Shown one piece after another: positions 40,882-52,206 of a DNA stretch of 64,000 bases. A program made the translations under genes and the position numbers. Position 1 is the stretch's first letter. Each line of letters begins with the position of its first letter. The stretch is from Deltaproteobacteria bacterium RBG_16_64_85 (lineage in GTDB: Bacteria > Desulfobacterota > Deferrimicrobia > Deferrimicrobiales > Deferrimicrobiaceae). Under the pieces are notes generated by a model. It did not search any database. It saw only the letters and a list, made by a program, of their open reading frames with translations, and was not told where the DNA came from. The stretch covers positions 7,079 to 71,078 of the forward strand of contig MGQW01000086.1 of assembly GCA_001798885.1 (NCBI GenBank), written 5' to 3'.

Positions 40882-41787
40882 GTGCGAAGAGCATTGAAAA
40901 CCCGAATTTCAGAACTCCGTGCGCGATGCGAGCAGTCGTTCGAGTCGCTCCGGAGCTGCCGGCTCTGCCCGCGGGTCTGCGGTGTCGACCGTTTGGCCGG
41001 GGAGGTCGGGTTCTGCGGTGCGGACGGCGGCGCCACGGTGGCCGCCGTCTCCGTGCACCACGGCGAGGAGCCCCCGATCTCGGGCGTCCGGGGCTCGGGC
41101 ACGGTGTTCTTCAGTCACTGCAACATGACGTGCCTCTTCTGCCAGAACTATCCGATCAGCCAAATGGGCGTGGGAAAGCGGATGACAACAGGGGAACTCG
41201 GTGACCGCCTCCTGTTGCTGGAGAGGAAAGGGGTTCACAACGTCAACTTCGTGACGCCGACACCCCACGTGCCGCAGCTCATCGGCGCGATCCTGGCCGC
41301 CAGGGAAAAGGGATTCTCGCTTCCCGTCGTCTACAACACCGGCGGCTACGATTCGATGGAGGCGCTCTCCCTCCTGGATGGGGTCGTCGACATCTACCTG
41401 CCGGACATGAAGTACCGGTCGGAGGAGCTGTCGGGCCGGGCGTCCGGGGCACCCGATTACGGGATCCACAATCTCCGGGCCATCGCGGAAATGCTGCGCC
41501 AGGTCGGTCCCCTGCAAAAAGGCAGGAACGGGTTCGCAAGCCAGGGCGTGCTCATCCGGCACCTGGTCCTTCCGGAGAGGGGGGAAGAGACGGAGCGGGT
41601 ACTGGCGTTTCTCCGCAGGGAATACGGAAGGCGCATCCCGATCTCCCTGATGGGGCAGTATTTCCCGGCCCACCGTGCAAAGGGCGTGGCGGGCTTCGGA
41701 CGAAAACTTTCGGTGGACGAATACGGACGCGCCATCGAGGCCGCGCAGCGGCTGGACCTCACCAACGTGTTCATCCAGGAGATCTAG
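40882..41787 (+). CDS. radical SAM protein, PflX-like (COG1313; homolog of pyruvate formate-lyase activating enzymes)
   Basis: [10 protein letters not shown] = Cx3Cx2C radical-SAM cluster motif; ~300 aa; inserted between carA and carB. Confidence 0.75.
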   Translation: MRRALKTRISELRARCEQSFESLRSCRLCPRVCGVDRLAGEVGFCGADGGATVAAVSVHHGEEPPISGVRGSGTVFFSHCNMTCLFCQNYPISQMGVGKRMTTGELGDRLLLLERKGVHNVNFVTPTPHVPQLIGAILAAREKGFSLPVVYNTGGYDSMEALSLLDGVVDIYLPDMKYRSEELSGRASGAPDYGIHNLRAIAEMLRQVGPLQKGRNGFASQGVLIRHLVLPERGEETERVLAFLRREYGRRIPISLMGQYFPAHRAKGVAGFGRKLSVDEYGRAIEAAQRLDLTNVFIQEI

Positions 41788-44700
41788 TGCCCAAACGGAC
41801 GGACATCCGGAAGATCATGCTGATCGGCTCCGGGCCGATCATCATCGGCCAGGCCTGCGAGTTCGACTATTCCGGGACGCAGGCGTGCAAGGCCCTCAAG
41901 GAGGAAGGGTACACGGTCGTGCTCGTGAACAGCAACCCGGCGACGATCATGACCGACATGGAATTCGCCGACCGCACCTACATCGAGCCGATCACCCCCG
42001 AAATGGTCGGGAAGATCATCGCGCGCGAGCGGCCGGACGCCCTCCTGCCGACGATCGGCGGGCAGACGGGCCTGAACATCGCCGTGTCTCTCCATGAAAT
42101 GGGGATCCTGCAGAAATACGGCGTCGATCTCATCGGCGCGAGCTTCGATGCGATCCAGAAGGCCGAGGATCGCGACCAGTTCCGGAGGGCGATGGAGAAG
42201 CTCGGTTTGATCGTGCCGCGCTCGGGATACGTCAAGTCGCTGGAGGAGGCGCTCAAGATCATTCCGGAAATCGGCTACCCGGCCATCCTTCGTCCTTCCT
42301 TTACCCTCGGAGGGACGGGCGCCGGCATCGCATACAACCGGGAGGAGTACGAGGACGCGATCCGCTGGGCACTGGACGCATCCCCGAAGCGCACGGTCCT
42401 GGTCGAGCAGTCCGTCATCGGCTGGAAGGAGTTCGAGCTCGAGGTGATGCGCGACCTCAAGGACAACGTGGTCATCATCTGCTCGATCGAGAACCTCGAC
42501 CCGATGGGCGTTCATACCGGGGACTCCATCACCGTGGCCCCCGCGCAGACGCTGACCGACAAGGAGTACCAGTTGATGCGAAACGCTGCGCTGCGCATCA
42601 TCCGGGAGATCGGCGTCGACACGGGGGGGAGCAACATCCAGTTCGCCGTCCATCCCGACACGGGAGAGATGGTGGTGATCGAGATGAACCCGCGCGTGTC
42701 CCGCTCCTCGGCCCTGGCCTCCAAGGCGACCGGGTTCCCGATCGCCAAGATCGCCGCGAAACTCGCCGTCGGCTATTCCCTCGACGAGATCCGCAACGAC
42801 ATCACGAGGGAGACGCCGGCCTCCTTCGAGCCGACGATCGACTACGTGGTGACGAAGATTCCGCGCTTCACCTTCGAGAAGTTTCCCCAGACGCAGGACC
42901 TCCTGGGCACGCAAATGAAGTCGGTGGGGGAGGTGATGGCGATCGGGCGGACCTTCAAGGAGTCGCTCCAGAAAGCGCTCCGATCTCTCGAGATCGGCGT
43001 GTACGGGTTCGAGGAGGTACTTCCCACCGACGCAACGAGCGCTTCCTCCCGCCGGAAGATCATCGAGGAGAAGCTTCGGAAGCCCAATTCGCAGCGGCTC
43101 CTCTACATCGGGGAAGCGATCCGGGAAGGCCGGAAGGTCGAGGAAATCTCCCGGATCACCGGGATCGACGTCTGGTTTCTCGAAAACATCCGGCAGATCA
43201 TCGCAGCGGAGAGCGAACTCCGCGGCGATGCCGCAGAGCTGCGCTCCGCGGCGGGCCGGACAGACGTCCCCCCGGAGGCCGGGTCGCTGTTGGCGCGAGC
43301 CAAGTCGTTCGGATTTTCCGACCGGCGCCTGGGAAAACTCGCGGGGATCGGCGAGGACGCGGTCCGGAGGCTACGCCTGCGCGCGGGTTTGAAGCCGGCA
43401 TTCAAAAGGGTCGACACCTGCGGCGCGGAGTTCGAGGCCTTCACGCCTTATCTCTATTCGTCCTATGACGCGGAGGACGAGGCGCGGCCCACCGGCAGGA
43501 AGAAGATCGTCATCCTGGGGGGCGGCCCCAACCGGATCGGCCAGGGGATCGAATTTGACTACTGCTGCGTGCACGGTTCCTTTGCGCTCCGGGAAGAGGG
43601 GTTCGAGACGATCATGGTCAACTGCAACCCCGAGACCGTCTCCACCGACTACGACACCTCCGACCGCCTCTACTTCGAGCCGCTCACCAAGGAGGACGTC
43701 CTCGCCATCATCGAGGAGGAGAAACCGGAAGGCGTCATCGTCCAGTTCGGCGGGCAGACCCCCTTAAAACTCGCGGTTCCCCTGGAAAAGGAAGGAGTGC
43801 CGATCCTGGGGACCTCCCCGGACAGCATCGACCGTGCCGAGGACCGGGAACGGTTCAAGGATCTGCTGGACCTCCTCAAGCTTCGGCAGCCCCCGAACGG
43901 GATCGCCCGCTCCATGGTGGCGGCGGTGGGGATCGCGTCGAGGATCGGCTACCCGGTGCTCCTCCGTCCGTCGTACGTCCTGGGCGGCAGGGCGATGGAG
44001 ATCGTCCACGACGAAGAGGGGCTGCGGAAATACCTCACCCATGCGGTGCGAGCGTCCGAGGAACGGCCGGTCCTCATCGACAAGTTCCTGGAGGACGCCA
44101 TCGAGATCGACGTCGACTCGATCGCGGACGGGGACACGGTGGTCATCGGGGGGATCATGGAGCACATCGAGGAGGCGGGGGTCCACTCGGGGGATTCCGC
44201 CTGCTCCCTGCCGCCGCACTCCATCTCCGGGGAGGCTGTTCGGGAGATCGCTCGACAGACGAAGGCGCTCGCGAAGGAGCTCCGCGTCGTGGGGCTGATG
44301 AACGTCCAGTTCGCCATCCAGAAAGGGGAGATTTACATCCTGGAGGTGAACCCCCGCGCTTCGCGCACCATCCCGTTCGTCAGCAAGGCGATCGGGGTGC
44401 CGCTGGCCAAGCTCGCGGCGAAGGTGATGGCGGGGAGGAAGCTCGAGGATCTGGGATTCACGGAAGACGTGACCCCGCTGCACATCAGCGTCAAGGAATC
44501 GGTGTTCCCCTTCATCAAGTTCCCCGACGTGGACACGATCCTGGGCCCCGAGATGAAATCGACGGGCGAGGTGATGGGGATCGACACGAATTTCGGCAAG
44601 GCGTTCGCGAAGGCACAGATTGCCGCGGGGATGATGCTCCCCCGGGCCGGCAAGGCGTTCATCAGCGTGAGGGACGAAGACAAGAACGGGGTCCTTCCGG

Positions 44701-45044
44701 CAGCTCGGATGCTTCACGAGGCGGGTTTCAACATCGTTGCGACGGGCGGAACGGCGGAATTTCTGACCCGTAACGCCATCCCCGCGGAAACCGTCCTCAA
44801 GATCAACGAAGGGCGTCCCCACGTCGCCGACCTGATCAAGAACGGGGAGATCGCACTGGTGATCAACACGCCGCTCGGCGCGCAGTCCAAGGCCGACTCG
44901 TTCTACATCCGGCGCACGGCACTCGTTTACAACATCCCGTACTTCACGACGCTTGCCGCTGCGCGGGCGGTGGCACACGCCATCTCTCACCTCATCCGGG
45001 AAGACCTCTCCGTCCGCAGCCTGCAAGAGTACCACGGCCGATAA
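41787..45044 (+). CDS. carB: carbamoyl-phosphate synthase large subunit
   Basis: GTG start; 1085 aa; duplicated ATP-grasp halves plus MGS-like C-terminus. Confidence 0.95.
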   Translation: MPKRTDIRKIMLIGSGPIIIGQACEFDYSGTQACKALKEEGYTVVLVNSNPATIMTDMEFADRTYIEPITPEMVGKIIARERPDALLPTIGGQTGLNIAVSLHEMGILQKYGVDLIGASFDAIQKAEDRDQFRRAMEKLGLIVPRSGYVKSLEEALKIIPEIGYPAILRPSFTLGGTGAGIAYNREEYEDAIRWALDASPKRTVLVEQSVIGWKEFELEVMRDLKDNVVIICSIENLDPMGVHTGDSITVAPAQTLTDKEYQLMRNAALRIIREIGVDTGGSNIQFAVHPDTGEMVVIEMNPRVSRSSALASKATGFPIAKIAAKLAVGYSLDEIRNDITRETPASFEPTIDYVVTKIPRFTFEKFPQTQDLLGTQMKSVGEVMAIGRTFKESLQKALRSLEIGVYGFEEVLPTDATSASSRRKIIEEKLRKPNSQRLLYIGEAIREGRKVEEISRITGIDVWFLENIRQIIAAESELRGDAAELRSAAGRTDVPPEAGSLLARAKSFGFSDRRLGKLAGIGEDAVRRLRLRAGLKPAFKRVDTCGAEFEAFTPYLYSSYDAEDEARPTGRKKIVILGGGPNRIGQGIEFDYCCVHGSFALREEGFETIMVNCNPETVSTDYDTSDRLYFEPLTKEDVLAIIEEEKPEGVIVQFGGQTPLKLAVPLEKEGVPILGTSPDSIDRAEDRERFKDLLDLLKLRQPPNGIARSMVAAVGIASRIGYPVLLRPSYVLGGRAMEIVHDEEGLRKYLTHAVRASEERPVLIDKFLEDAIEIDVDSIADGDTVVIGGIMEHIEEAGVHSGDSACSLPPHSISGEAVREIARQTKALAKELRVVGLMNVQFAIQKGEIYILEVNPRASRTIPFVSKAIGVPLAKLAAKVMAGRKLEDLGFTEDVTPLHISVKESVFPFIKFPDVDTILGPEMKSTGEVMGIDTNFGKAFAKAQIAAGMMLPRAGKAFISVRDEDKNGVLPAARMLHEAGFNIVATGGTAEFLTRNAIPAETVLKINEGRPHVADLIKNGEIALVINTPLGAQSKADSFYIRRTALVYNIPYFTTLAAARAVAHAISHLIREDLSVRSLQEYHGR

Positions 45045-45050
45045 ACGACA

Positions 45051-47135
45051 GTGACGGACATCCCCTCCATCCAGTTCGTAAAAGGAGTGGGCCCCAGGTT
45101 TGCGGAGAGGCTGGCGTCCCGCGGGATCCGCACCCCCCAGGACGCCCTCTTTTTCTTTCCCAAAGGCTACGAGGACCGGCGGCAGCTCCTCCCGCTGCGG
45201 GCGCTCAAACCGGGCATGACCGTGCCGGTGAAGGGGACTGTCGTCGGGGTTCATGGGGGCCATCGGAAATTCGGGGGGGCAAAGGTTTTCGAGGTCGTCC
45301 TTTCCGACGGTACCGGCCGTCTTTCCGCCAAGTGGTTCCATTACCACCCCTCGCTGAAGGAAAGGTTCAAAGTCGGGGAAACCGTTATCTTCTGCGGGAC
45401 CGTCCGGTTCTTCCAGTTCCAGCCCGAAATGCATCACCCGGAGATTCTCGGGAAGGCAGAAGAGCACGACCCCGTCCACATCGGGCGGATCGTTCCAGTG
45501 TACCCGGAGGTGGAAGGGCTCCCCCCGCGCGTCCTCCGCAGGATCCAATGGGAAGTGGTCCAGCATTACGCTTCGGCCGTCAAGGAGTTCTTCCCCCGGT
45601 GGATGCTCGAGGAAGCAGGTGTCCCGCCGATCCACGAATCGCTGGCCACCCTGCATTTCCCTCCTCCCGGCGCCGACGCTTCGACGCTCCTCTCCTTCTC
45701 GTCGCCCGCGCAGCAGCGGCTCATTTTCGGGGAGCTGTTCTACATCCAGTGGGCGATGGCGAAGCGGCGGGCCGGGGTGATGAAGGAGGCGGCCATCCCC
45801 CTCCATTGGGACAAGGAGATCGTCGACGAGATCAAGCGCCGGCTCCCGTTCACGCTCACCGGCGCGCAGAGGCGGGTGGTGAACGAAATCCTGAAGGATC
45901 TGTCCAACTCCTGCCCGATGCACCGGCTCCTGCAGGGAGATGTGGGAAGCGGCAAGACGATCGTCGCGTGGATTGCCGCGCTGGTCGCCTGGAGGAAAGG
46001 CGCTCAAACCGCGCTCATGGCACCCACCGAGATTCTCGCCGAACAACACTGCCGGCGGTTCCTCACCCTTTGCCGCGGGCTGCCGGTCCGTATCGTCCTT
46101 CTCACCTCCTTCCTCACGGGGAAGCGGCGGGAAAGCCTCCGAAAGGAGATCCGGGAAGGGGAAGCGCACATCGTCATCGGAACGCATGCTCTCATCCAGG
46201 AGGGGGTCGAGTTCCACCGGCTGGGCCTCGGCATTGTGGACGAGCAGCACCGTTTCGGGGTGTTGCAGCGAGCGGCGCTCCGGGGGAAGGCGAAGACGGC
46301 GCCGCATCTCCTTGTCATGACGGCCACGCCCATCCCCCGGACCCTGGCGATGACCCTGTACGGCGACCTCGACGTCTCCGTCATCGACGAGATGCCTCCC
46401 GGCAGGACGGCGGTCGAGACGAAGGTCGTCGGGGAGGAAAATCGGAAATCCGCCTGGGCGAGGGTCCGGAAAGAGCTGGCCGAGGGGGGGAGAGTCTACA
46501 TCGTCCTGCCGCTGGTGGAGGAGTCGGAGAAGCTGACACTGCGGGACGCCACAAGGACCGCCGAGCGCGTCCGGGAGGCGTTCCCCGAGATCGGCGTCGG
46601 GCTGCTGCACGGCCGGATGAAGGCAGAGGAAAAGGACGCGGAGATGCGCCGGTTCCAGGAGGGGGAGATCCGGATCCTGGTCTCCACCACGGTCGTGGAG
46701 GTGGGGATCGACGTACCCGAGGCAACCGTAATGATGATCGAGCACGCGGAGCGGTTCGGGCTTTCCCAGCTGCACCAGCTCCGCGGCAGGGTGGGGCGGG
46801 GGACCCGACCTTCCGTCTGTTTCCTCTTCGTCGAGGGGCCTCAAGGCGAAGACGCCGTTGCGCGTCTGTCGGTGATGGAGAAGACCACGGACGGCTTCAA
46901 GATCGCGGAGGAGGACTTGAAAATCCGGGGGCCGGGCGATTTCGCCGGCGTCCGCCAGTCCGGAATCCCCGACCTCGTCTTCTCCGACATCGTCCGGGAC
47001 GCTCGGATGCTCTCCCGTTCCCGGGAGATCGCCAATGCGCTCCTGGTGCGCGACCCCGGCCTGTCGCATCCCGAGCACGCCGCCCTGGCCCGCTGGATCG
47101 CCTCGAAAGAGGCCGCGGTTCCCACCATCGGGTAG
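45051..47135 (+). CDS. recG: ATP-dependent DNA helicase RecG
   Basis: GTG start; wedge domain, then SF2 helicase motifs (GDVGSGKT, DEQHRFG); 694 aa. Confidence 0.93.
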   Translation: MTDIPSIQFVKGVGPRFAERLASRGIRTPQDALFFFPKGYEDRRQLLPLRALKPGMTVPVKGTVVGVHGGHRKFGGAKVFEVVLSDGTGRLSAKWFHYHPSLKERFKVGETVIFCGTVRFFQFQPEMHHPEILGKAEEHDPVHIGRIVPVYPEVEGLPPRVLRRIQWEVVQHYASAVKEFFPRWMLEEAGVPPIHESLATLHFPPPGADASTLLSFSSPAQQRLIFGELFYIQWAMAKRRAGVMKEAAIPLHWDKEIVDEIKRRLPFTLTGAQRRVVNEILKDLSNSCPMHRLLQGDVGSGKTIVAWIAALVAWRKGAQTALMAPTEILAEQHCRRFLTLCRGLPVRIVLLTSFLTGKRRESLRKEIREGEAHIVIGTHALIQEGVEFHRLGLGIVDEQHRFGVLQRAALRGKAKTAPHLLVMTATPIPRTLAMTLYGDLDVSVIDEMPPGRTAVETKVVGEENRKSAWARVRKELAEGGRVYIVLPLVEESEKLTLRDATRTAERVREAFPEIGVGLLHGRMKAEEKDAEMRRFQEGEIRILVSTTVVEVGIDVPEATVMMIEHAERFGLSQLHQLRGRVGRGTRPSVCFLFVEGPQGEDAVARLSVMEKTTDGFKIAEEDLKIRGPGDFAGVRQSGIPDLVFSDIVRDARMLSRSREIANALLVRDPGLSHPEHAALARWIASKEAAVPTIG

Positions 47136-47309
47136 CGGTCCCCTTCCGCACGGAGGTCGCTGCGCTTTCCGTGCGGTCGGCACGCTCCGAGCCGGGCCCG
47201 GCGGCGCAGCCGGCAACGGTTTCGCAGGATATGGTCGCGGGAGGCCGAAATTGACTTAACCGCCGCGATTTATTAGGATATCTTCTTTAATCTTTCCGGG
47301 AGAAGCCGA

Positions 47310-48515
47310 ATGGAAGAGTTCCCAAGGATCAAGCGTCTGCCACCCTACGTTTTTGCGGTGGTCACCGAGCTCAAATCGAAAATGCGCCGCGCGGGGGAGG
47401 ACGTCATCGACCTCGGGATGGGGAATCCCGACCTGGCCACTCCCAAGCACATCGTGGACAAGCTCATCGAGGCGGCAAGAAACCCCCGCAACCACCGGTA
47501 TTCCCTCTCGCGGGGGATCCCGAAGCTGCGGCAGGCCATCTGCGCGTGGTACAAGCGGAAGTACGACGTCGACCTCGACCCGGATACCGAGGCGATCGCC
47601 ACGATCGGCGCCAAGGAAGGGATTTCCCACCTCATGATGGCGATCATGGGGCCCGGGGACATCGCGATGGTGCCGAACCCCACCTATCCCATCCACGCGT
47701 ATTCGGTGATCATCGCGGGGGCCGACGTGCGCTACATATCGCTTACGAGCGGAGAGGGCGATTTCATGGACCGCGCCCAGCGCGCCATGAAGACTCTCTG
47801 GCCGAAACCGAAGGTGATGATCATCTCGTTCCCCCACAACCCGACGACGGAGGTGGTCGACCTGTCCTTTTTTAAACGTGTTGTGGCATTCACCAAGGAG
47901 CACGGGATGCTCGTGGTCCACGACCTGGCCTACGCGGACCTGGTGTTCGACGGGTACAAGGCCCCCTCCATCCTCCAGGTTCCGGGAGCGAAGGACGTGG
48001 CGGTGGAGATGTACTCGATGTCCAAGGGGTACTCCATGCCCGGCTGGCGCGTCGGGTTCGTGGTCGGGAACAAGCGGATGGTATCGGCGCTCACCCGGCT
48101 CAAGAGCTATCTCGATTACGGCATGTTCCAGGCGATCCAGGTGGCGGCCACGGTCGCGCTTAACGGACCCCACCGCGTGGTCGATGAAGCCGTCGAGGTC
48201 TACCGGAAGCGGCGCGACTGCCTGGTGGACGGCTTCGCCCGCATCGGCTGGGAATTCCCCAAGCCGAAGGGGACGATGTTCGTCTGGGCGCCCGTGCCCG
48301 AGCCGTTCGCGGCAATTGGGTCGCTCGAATTTTCCAAGCTCCTGCTGACCAAGGCCAAGGTAGCCGTCTCGCCCGGGGTGGGGTTCGGCGAGCACGGGGA
48401 GGGATTCGTCCGGTTCGCTCTCGTGGAGAACGAGCACCGGATCCGGCAGGCGATCCGCGGCGTGAAGGCTCTCCTGCAGCAGGCTCCTGCTCACGCAAAG
48501 GTCAAGGCCAAATGA
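47310..48515 (+). CDS. class I/II PLP aminotransferase, AlaC(YfdZ)-like glutamate-pyruvate aminotransferase family
   Basis: [16 protein letters not shown]...[17 protein letters not shown]...YSMSKGY (PLP-Lys); N-terminal region aligns closely by eye with E. coli AlaC. Confidence 0.85.
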   Translation: MEEFPRIKRLPPYVFAVVTELKSKMRRAGEDVIDLGMGNPDLATPKHIVDKLIEAARNPRNHRYSLSRGIPKLRQAICAWYKRKYDVDLDPDTEAIATIGAKEGISHLMMAIMGPGDIAMVPNPTYPIHAYSVIIAGADVRYISLTSGEGDFMDRAQRAMKTLWPKPKVMIISFPHNPTTEVVDLSFFKRVVAFTKEHGMLVVHDLAYADLVFDGYKAPSILQVPGAKDVAVEMYSMSKGYSMPGWRVGFVVGNKRMVSALTRLKSYLDYGMFQAIQVAATVALNGPHRVVDEAVEVYRKRRDCLVDGFARIGWEFPKPKGTMFVWAPVPEPFAAIGSLEFSKLLLTKAKVAVSPGVGFGEHGEGFVRFALVENEHRIRQAIRGVKALLQQAPAHAKVKAK

Positions 48516-49834
48516 TCGAAAGGCCCAAGGAAATCGGCATCGGCATCATCGGGTTCGGGACCATAGGGACCGGGACGGTGAAGCTGCTGCAGGGGAACGC
48601 GGAGCATCTGCGCCGGCGCGTGGGCGCGCCCCTCCGCATCCGGCGGATCGCCGACCTCGACATGACCCGGGACCGGGGAGTGGCGGTGCCGGAGGGGGTG
48701 CTGACCACCGACGGGTTCCAGGTCGCCCGCGACCCGGAGGTCCAGATCGTCATCGAGCTCGTCGGCGGGACCGGCGCCGCCAAGGATTTCCTCCTCGAGG
48801 CGATCCGGAACGGCAAGTCCGTCGTGACGGCAAACAAGTCGCTCCTCGCCGAGCACGGGCCCGAGATCGGCCGGGCGGCGCAGGCCGCCGGCGTGGACAT
48901 GGGGTTCGAGGCGAGCGTGGGGGGCGGGATCCCCATCATCCGGGCGATGCGGGAGGGGCTGGCCGCGAACCGCATCCGGGAGATCTACGGGATCATCAAC
49001 GGGACCTGCAACTACATCCTGAGCCGGATGACCAACGAGGGGAAGGAATACGCAGGAGTCCTGGCCGAGGCGCAGAAGATCGGACTGGCGGAAGCGGACC
49101 CTTCGTTCGACGTGGACGGCATCGACTCCGCGCACAAACTCTCCATTCTGGTGTGGCTCGCCACCGGCATGTACGTGTCGCCGAAGGAGATCTTCGTCGA
49201 GGGGATCCGCGACGTCCCGGCACTGGACATCGCCTTCGCGCGCGAATTCGGGTACGTGATCAAGCTGCTGGCAATCGCCAAGGAGAAGGGGGACGGCGTC
49301 GAGGTGCGGGTCCACCCCACGATGATCCCGTCCGATCACCTTCTGGCCACCGTCGGCGGCGCCAACAACGCGATCTACGTGAAGGGCGACTTCATCGGCT
49401 CCGCGCTGTTCTACGGCCAGGGGGCGGGGATGTATCCCACGGCCTCCGCGGTGGTGAGCGACGTCATCGAGATCGCGCGCAACCTGCGCGGAGGAGGGGT
49501 CGGCCGGATCCCCCCCAGCGGGTTCTTCCTGCACGACCCGGGGGAGAGGGCCGCGGTGTCTCCCTTCACCGACGTGCGATCCGAGTATTACCTGCGGTTC
49601 CAGGTCGTGGACAAGCCCGGCGTATTGTCCAAAATCGCCGGTGCGCTAGGGAGCCACTCCATCAGCATCTCGTCGGTCATCCAGAAGGGGAGGAAGGAAG
49701 AGAGCGCCGTTCCGATCGTCATCGTGACCCACCACGCCAGGGAAAGCGACATGCGCGCGGCGCTGACGGAGACCGACCGGCTCCCCGTCGTCCTCGACCG
49801 CACCCGCATGATCCGGATCGAAAACAACCTTTAA
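48512..49834 (+). CDS. hom: homoserine dehydrogenase (with C-terminal ACT domain)
   Basis: [12 protein letters not shown] Rossmann; C-terminal ACT; ATGA overlap with the aminotransferase. Confidence 0.93.
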   Translation: MIERPKEIGIGIIGFGTIGTGTVKLLQGNAEHLRRRVGAPLRIRRIADLDMTRDRGVAVPEGVLTTDGFQVARDPEVQIVIELVGGTGAAKDFLLEAIRNGKSVVTANKSLLAEHGPEIGRAAQAAGVDMGFEASVGGGIPIIRAMREGLAANRIREIYGIINGTCNYILSRMTNEGKEYAGVLAEAQKIGLAEADPSFDVDGIDSAHKLSILVWLATGMYVSPKEIFVEGIRDVPALDIAFAREFGYVIKLLAIAKEKGDGVEVRVHPTMIPSDHLLATVGGANNAIYVKGDFIGSALFYGQGAGMYPTASAVVSDVIEIARNLRGGGVGRIPPSGFFLHDPGERAAVSPFTDVRSEYYLRFQVVDKPGVLSKIAGALGSHSISISSVIQKGRKEESAVPIVIVTHHARESDMRAALTETDRLPVVLDRTRMIRIENNL

Positions 49835-49853
49835 GGAAAAGGACGCCCACGCG

Positions 49854-50909
49854 ATGCACTGGGAAGGGGTCATCCGCCACTATTCCGCCTTTCTTCCGCA
49901 AGTCCCGGACGACTGCGTGGTGACGCTGCTGGAAGGCAACACCCCGTTGGTGCCGGCGCCAGGCCTGGCGAGCCAGATTGCCCCCGGAACGGAGATCTTC
50001 CTGAAGTACGAGGGGCTGAATCCCACCGGGTCCTTCAAGGACCGGGGGATGACGATGGCGGTGTCGAAGGCCAAAGCCGCCGGGTCCGACTCGGTGATCT
50101 GCGCCTCCACCGGGAACACCTCGGCTTCCGCGGCGGCCTACGCGGCGCGGGCGGGGATGAAGGCGTTCGTGCTGATCCCGGAAGGACGGATCGCCCTGGG
50201 GAAGCTGTCGCAGGCGATGATCCACGGGGCGCGGGTGATCCAGATCCTGGGGAATTTCGACCAGGCTCTGACGCTGGTGAGGGAGATCTCGGGGAAGTAC
50301 CCCGTGACCCTGGTCAACTCGCTCAATCCCTACCGGATCGAGGGACAGAAGAGCGCCGCGTTCGAGATCTGCGACGCTTTGGGCGACGCCCCCGATTACC
50401 ATGTGCTCCCCGTCGGGAACGCGGGAAACATCACCGCATATTGGGCGGGCTACAAGGCCTACCGGGAGGCGGGCAGGATCGGAAAGCTCCCGAAGATGCT
50501 GGGATGGCAGGCGGAAGGCGCCGCGCCGATCGTGCGGGGCTACCCCGTCGAAAAGCCCGAAACGGTGGCCACCGCGATCCGGATCGGCAACCCGGCCTCC
50601 TGGAAGAAGGCGGAAGCCGCGCGGGACGAGTCCGGAGGGCTTATCCGGATGGTGAGCGACGCCGAAATCCTGGAGGCCTACAAGCTCGTCGCCGAGACGG
50701 AAGGAATCTTTTGCGAGCCGGCGTCGGCGGCCTCCATCGCCGGTGTGATAAAATCATCCAAGGAGTCGTTTTTCCTGAGCGGCGACCGTATCGTATGCAC
50801 GCTCACCGGGCACGGTCTGAAGGACCCGGACAACGCGATCGCGCAGTCCGTGGCCCCGGTGACCATCCCCCCCGTGATGGACGAAGTCATGAAAGTTCTT
50901 GGTTTTTAA
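49854..50909 (+). CDS. thrC: threonine synthase
   Basis: [12 protein letters not shown]-lysine motif; 351 aa. Confidence 0.93.
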   Translation: MHWEGVIRHYSAFLPQVPDDCVVTLLEGNTPLVPAPGLASQIAPGTEIFLKYEGLNPTGSFKDRGMTMAVSKAKAAGSDSVICASTGNTSASAAAYAARAGMKAFVLIPEGRIALGKLSQAMIHGARVIQILGNFDQALTLVREISGKYPVTLVNSLNPYRIEGQKSAAFEICDALGDAPDYHVLPVGNAGNITAYWAGYKAYREAGRIGKLPKMLGWQAEGAAPIVRGYPVEKPETVATAIRIGNPASWKKAEAARDESGGLIRMVSDAEILEAYKLVAETEGIFCEPASAASIAGVIKSSKESFFLSGDRIVCTLTGHGLKDPDNAIAQSVAPVTIPPVMDEVMKVLGF

Positions 50910-50920
50910 GGAGAACCACC

Positions 50921-52156
50921 ATGCGGCGTAAGTATCTCATCCTCATCGGGGACGGCATGTCCGACTGGCCCATCGCCTCCCTCGGAAACCGGACGCCCCT
51001 GGAAGCTGCGGAAATCCCCAACCTGGATTACATGGCTTCCCACGGCGCGCTGGGGATGGTCCAGGTCGTGCCGAAGGAGATGTACCCGGGCAGCGATGTG
51101 TCGAACCTGAGCATCGTCGGCTACGATCCCCGCGAGGTATACACGGGCCGGTCCCCTCTGGAGGCCGCTTCGATGGGGATCGAACTCGGCAAGGACGACG
51201 TGGCGGTCCGCTGCAACGTCGTCGCGCTGAAGAACAACGGCGCGGATACCGAGATGGAGGATTTTTCCGCCGGCCATATCTCGTCGGCGGAGTCGGCGGA
51301 ACTCCTGAAAGTTCTCCAGGAGAAGATCGGCGGTTCGTTCCCATCGGGGGGAGGGGACGCCGGCGTCCGCTTCTTTCCGGGCGTGAGCTACCGGAACCTG
51401 ATGATCTGGCCGAACGGCAACGACGCCGTGGAGACGACCCCCCCGCACGACATCCACGGGAAGAAGATCACGGAGTACCTCCCCAGGGGGGAAGGGGCGG
51501 AAATGCTCCTCGACCTGATGGCGATTTCGCGGGAGGTGTTCGAGGACCACCCCGTCAACCGGAAGCGCCGCGCGGAGGGGAAGCTTCCGGGGAACTCCAT
51601 CTGGCTCTGGGGGCAGGGGAAGGCGCCTCGGATCACCCCCTTTACGGAAAAATACGGACTCTCGGGCTCGGTGGTCGCCGCCGTCGACCTCATCAAGGGG
51701 ATCGGGATCTATTGCGGCCTGTCGGTCATCCAGGTGCCGGGCGCCACGGGATACGTGGACACCAATTTCCGAGGGAAAGCCGAGTACGCCCTCAAGGCGC
51801 TGGAGGAGAAGGACTTCGTGCTCATCCACGTGGAAGCTCCCGACGAGGCGGGGCACAACGGAAGCGCCCCCGACAAGGTGCGCGCGATCGAGCGGATCGA
51901 CAAGGAAATGCTTTCCCTGATTCTTCCCCGCGCAAGGGACGGTGGGGACCTGGTCCTCCTCGTGCTTCCTGACCACCCCACGCCGGTCGCCATCCGGACC
52001 CACGCCCAGGAGCCGGTCCCCTTCGTATTCTATCCGGCCCCGGAAGGGATGGCCACATTCCCGGGCAAACGGTACACGGAGGCCGACGCGAGGGAAACCG
52101 GGAATTTCGTGGAGATCGGGACACGCCTGATCGGCTACCTCCTCGGCCGCGAATGA
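50921..52156 (+). CDS. cofactor-independent phosphoglycerate mutase family protein, archaeal ApgM type (COG3635); candidate alternative homoserine kinase
   Basis: ATG 50921 after an AAGGAG RBS; metalloenzyme (alkaline-phosphatase-like) core motifs (LILIGDGMSDWP, HVEAPDEAGH); directly follows hom-thrC. Confidence 0.8.
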   Translation: MRRKYLILIGDGMSDWPIASLGNRTPLEAAEIPNLDYMASHGALGMVQVVPKEMYPGSDVSNLSIVGYDPREVYTGRSPLEAASMGIELGKDDVAVRCNVVALKNNGADTEMEDFSAGHISSAESAELLKVLQEKIGGSFPSGGGDAGVRFFPGVSYRNLMIWPNGNDAVETTPPHDIHGKKITEYLPRGEGAEMLLDLMAISREVFEDHPVNRKRRAEGKLPGNSIWLWGQGKAPRITPFTEKYGLSGSVVAAVDLIKGIGIYCGLSVIQVPGATGYVDTNFRGKAEYALKALEEKDFVLIHVEAPDEAGHNGSAPDKVRAIERIDKEMLSLILPRARDGGDLVLLVLPDHPTPVAIRTHAQEPVPFVFYPAPEGMATFPGKRYTEADARETGNFVEIGTRLIGYLLGRE

Positions 52157-52206
52157 GTGCACGGTAGAGAAATCGGTGGATCAATCCGTGGAGAAAGGGG
52201 AATAGC

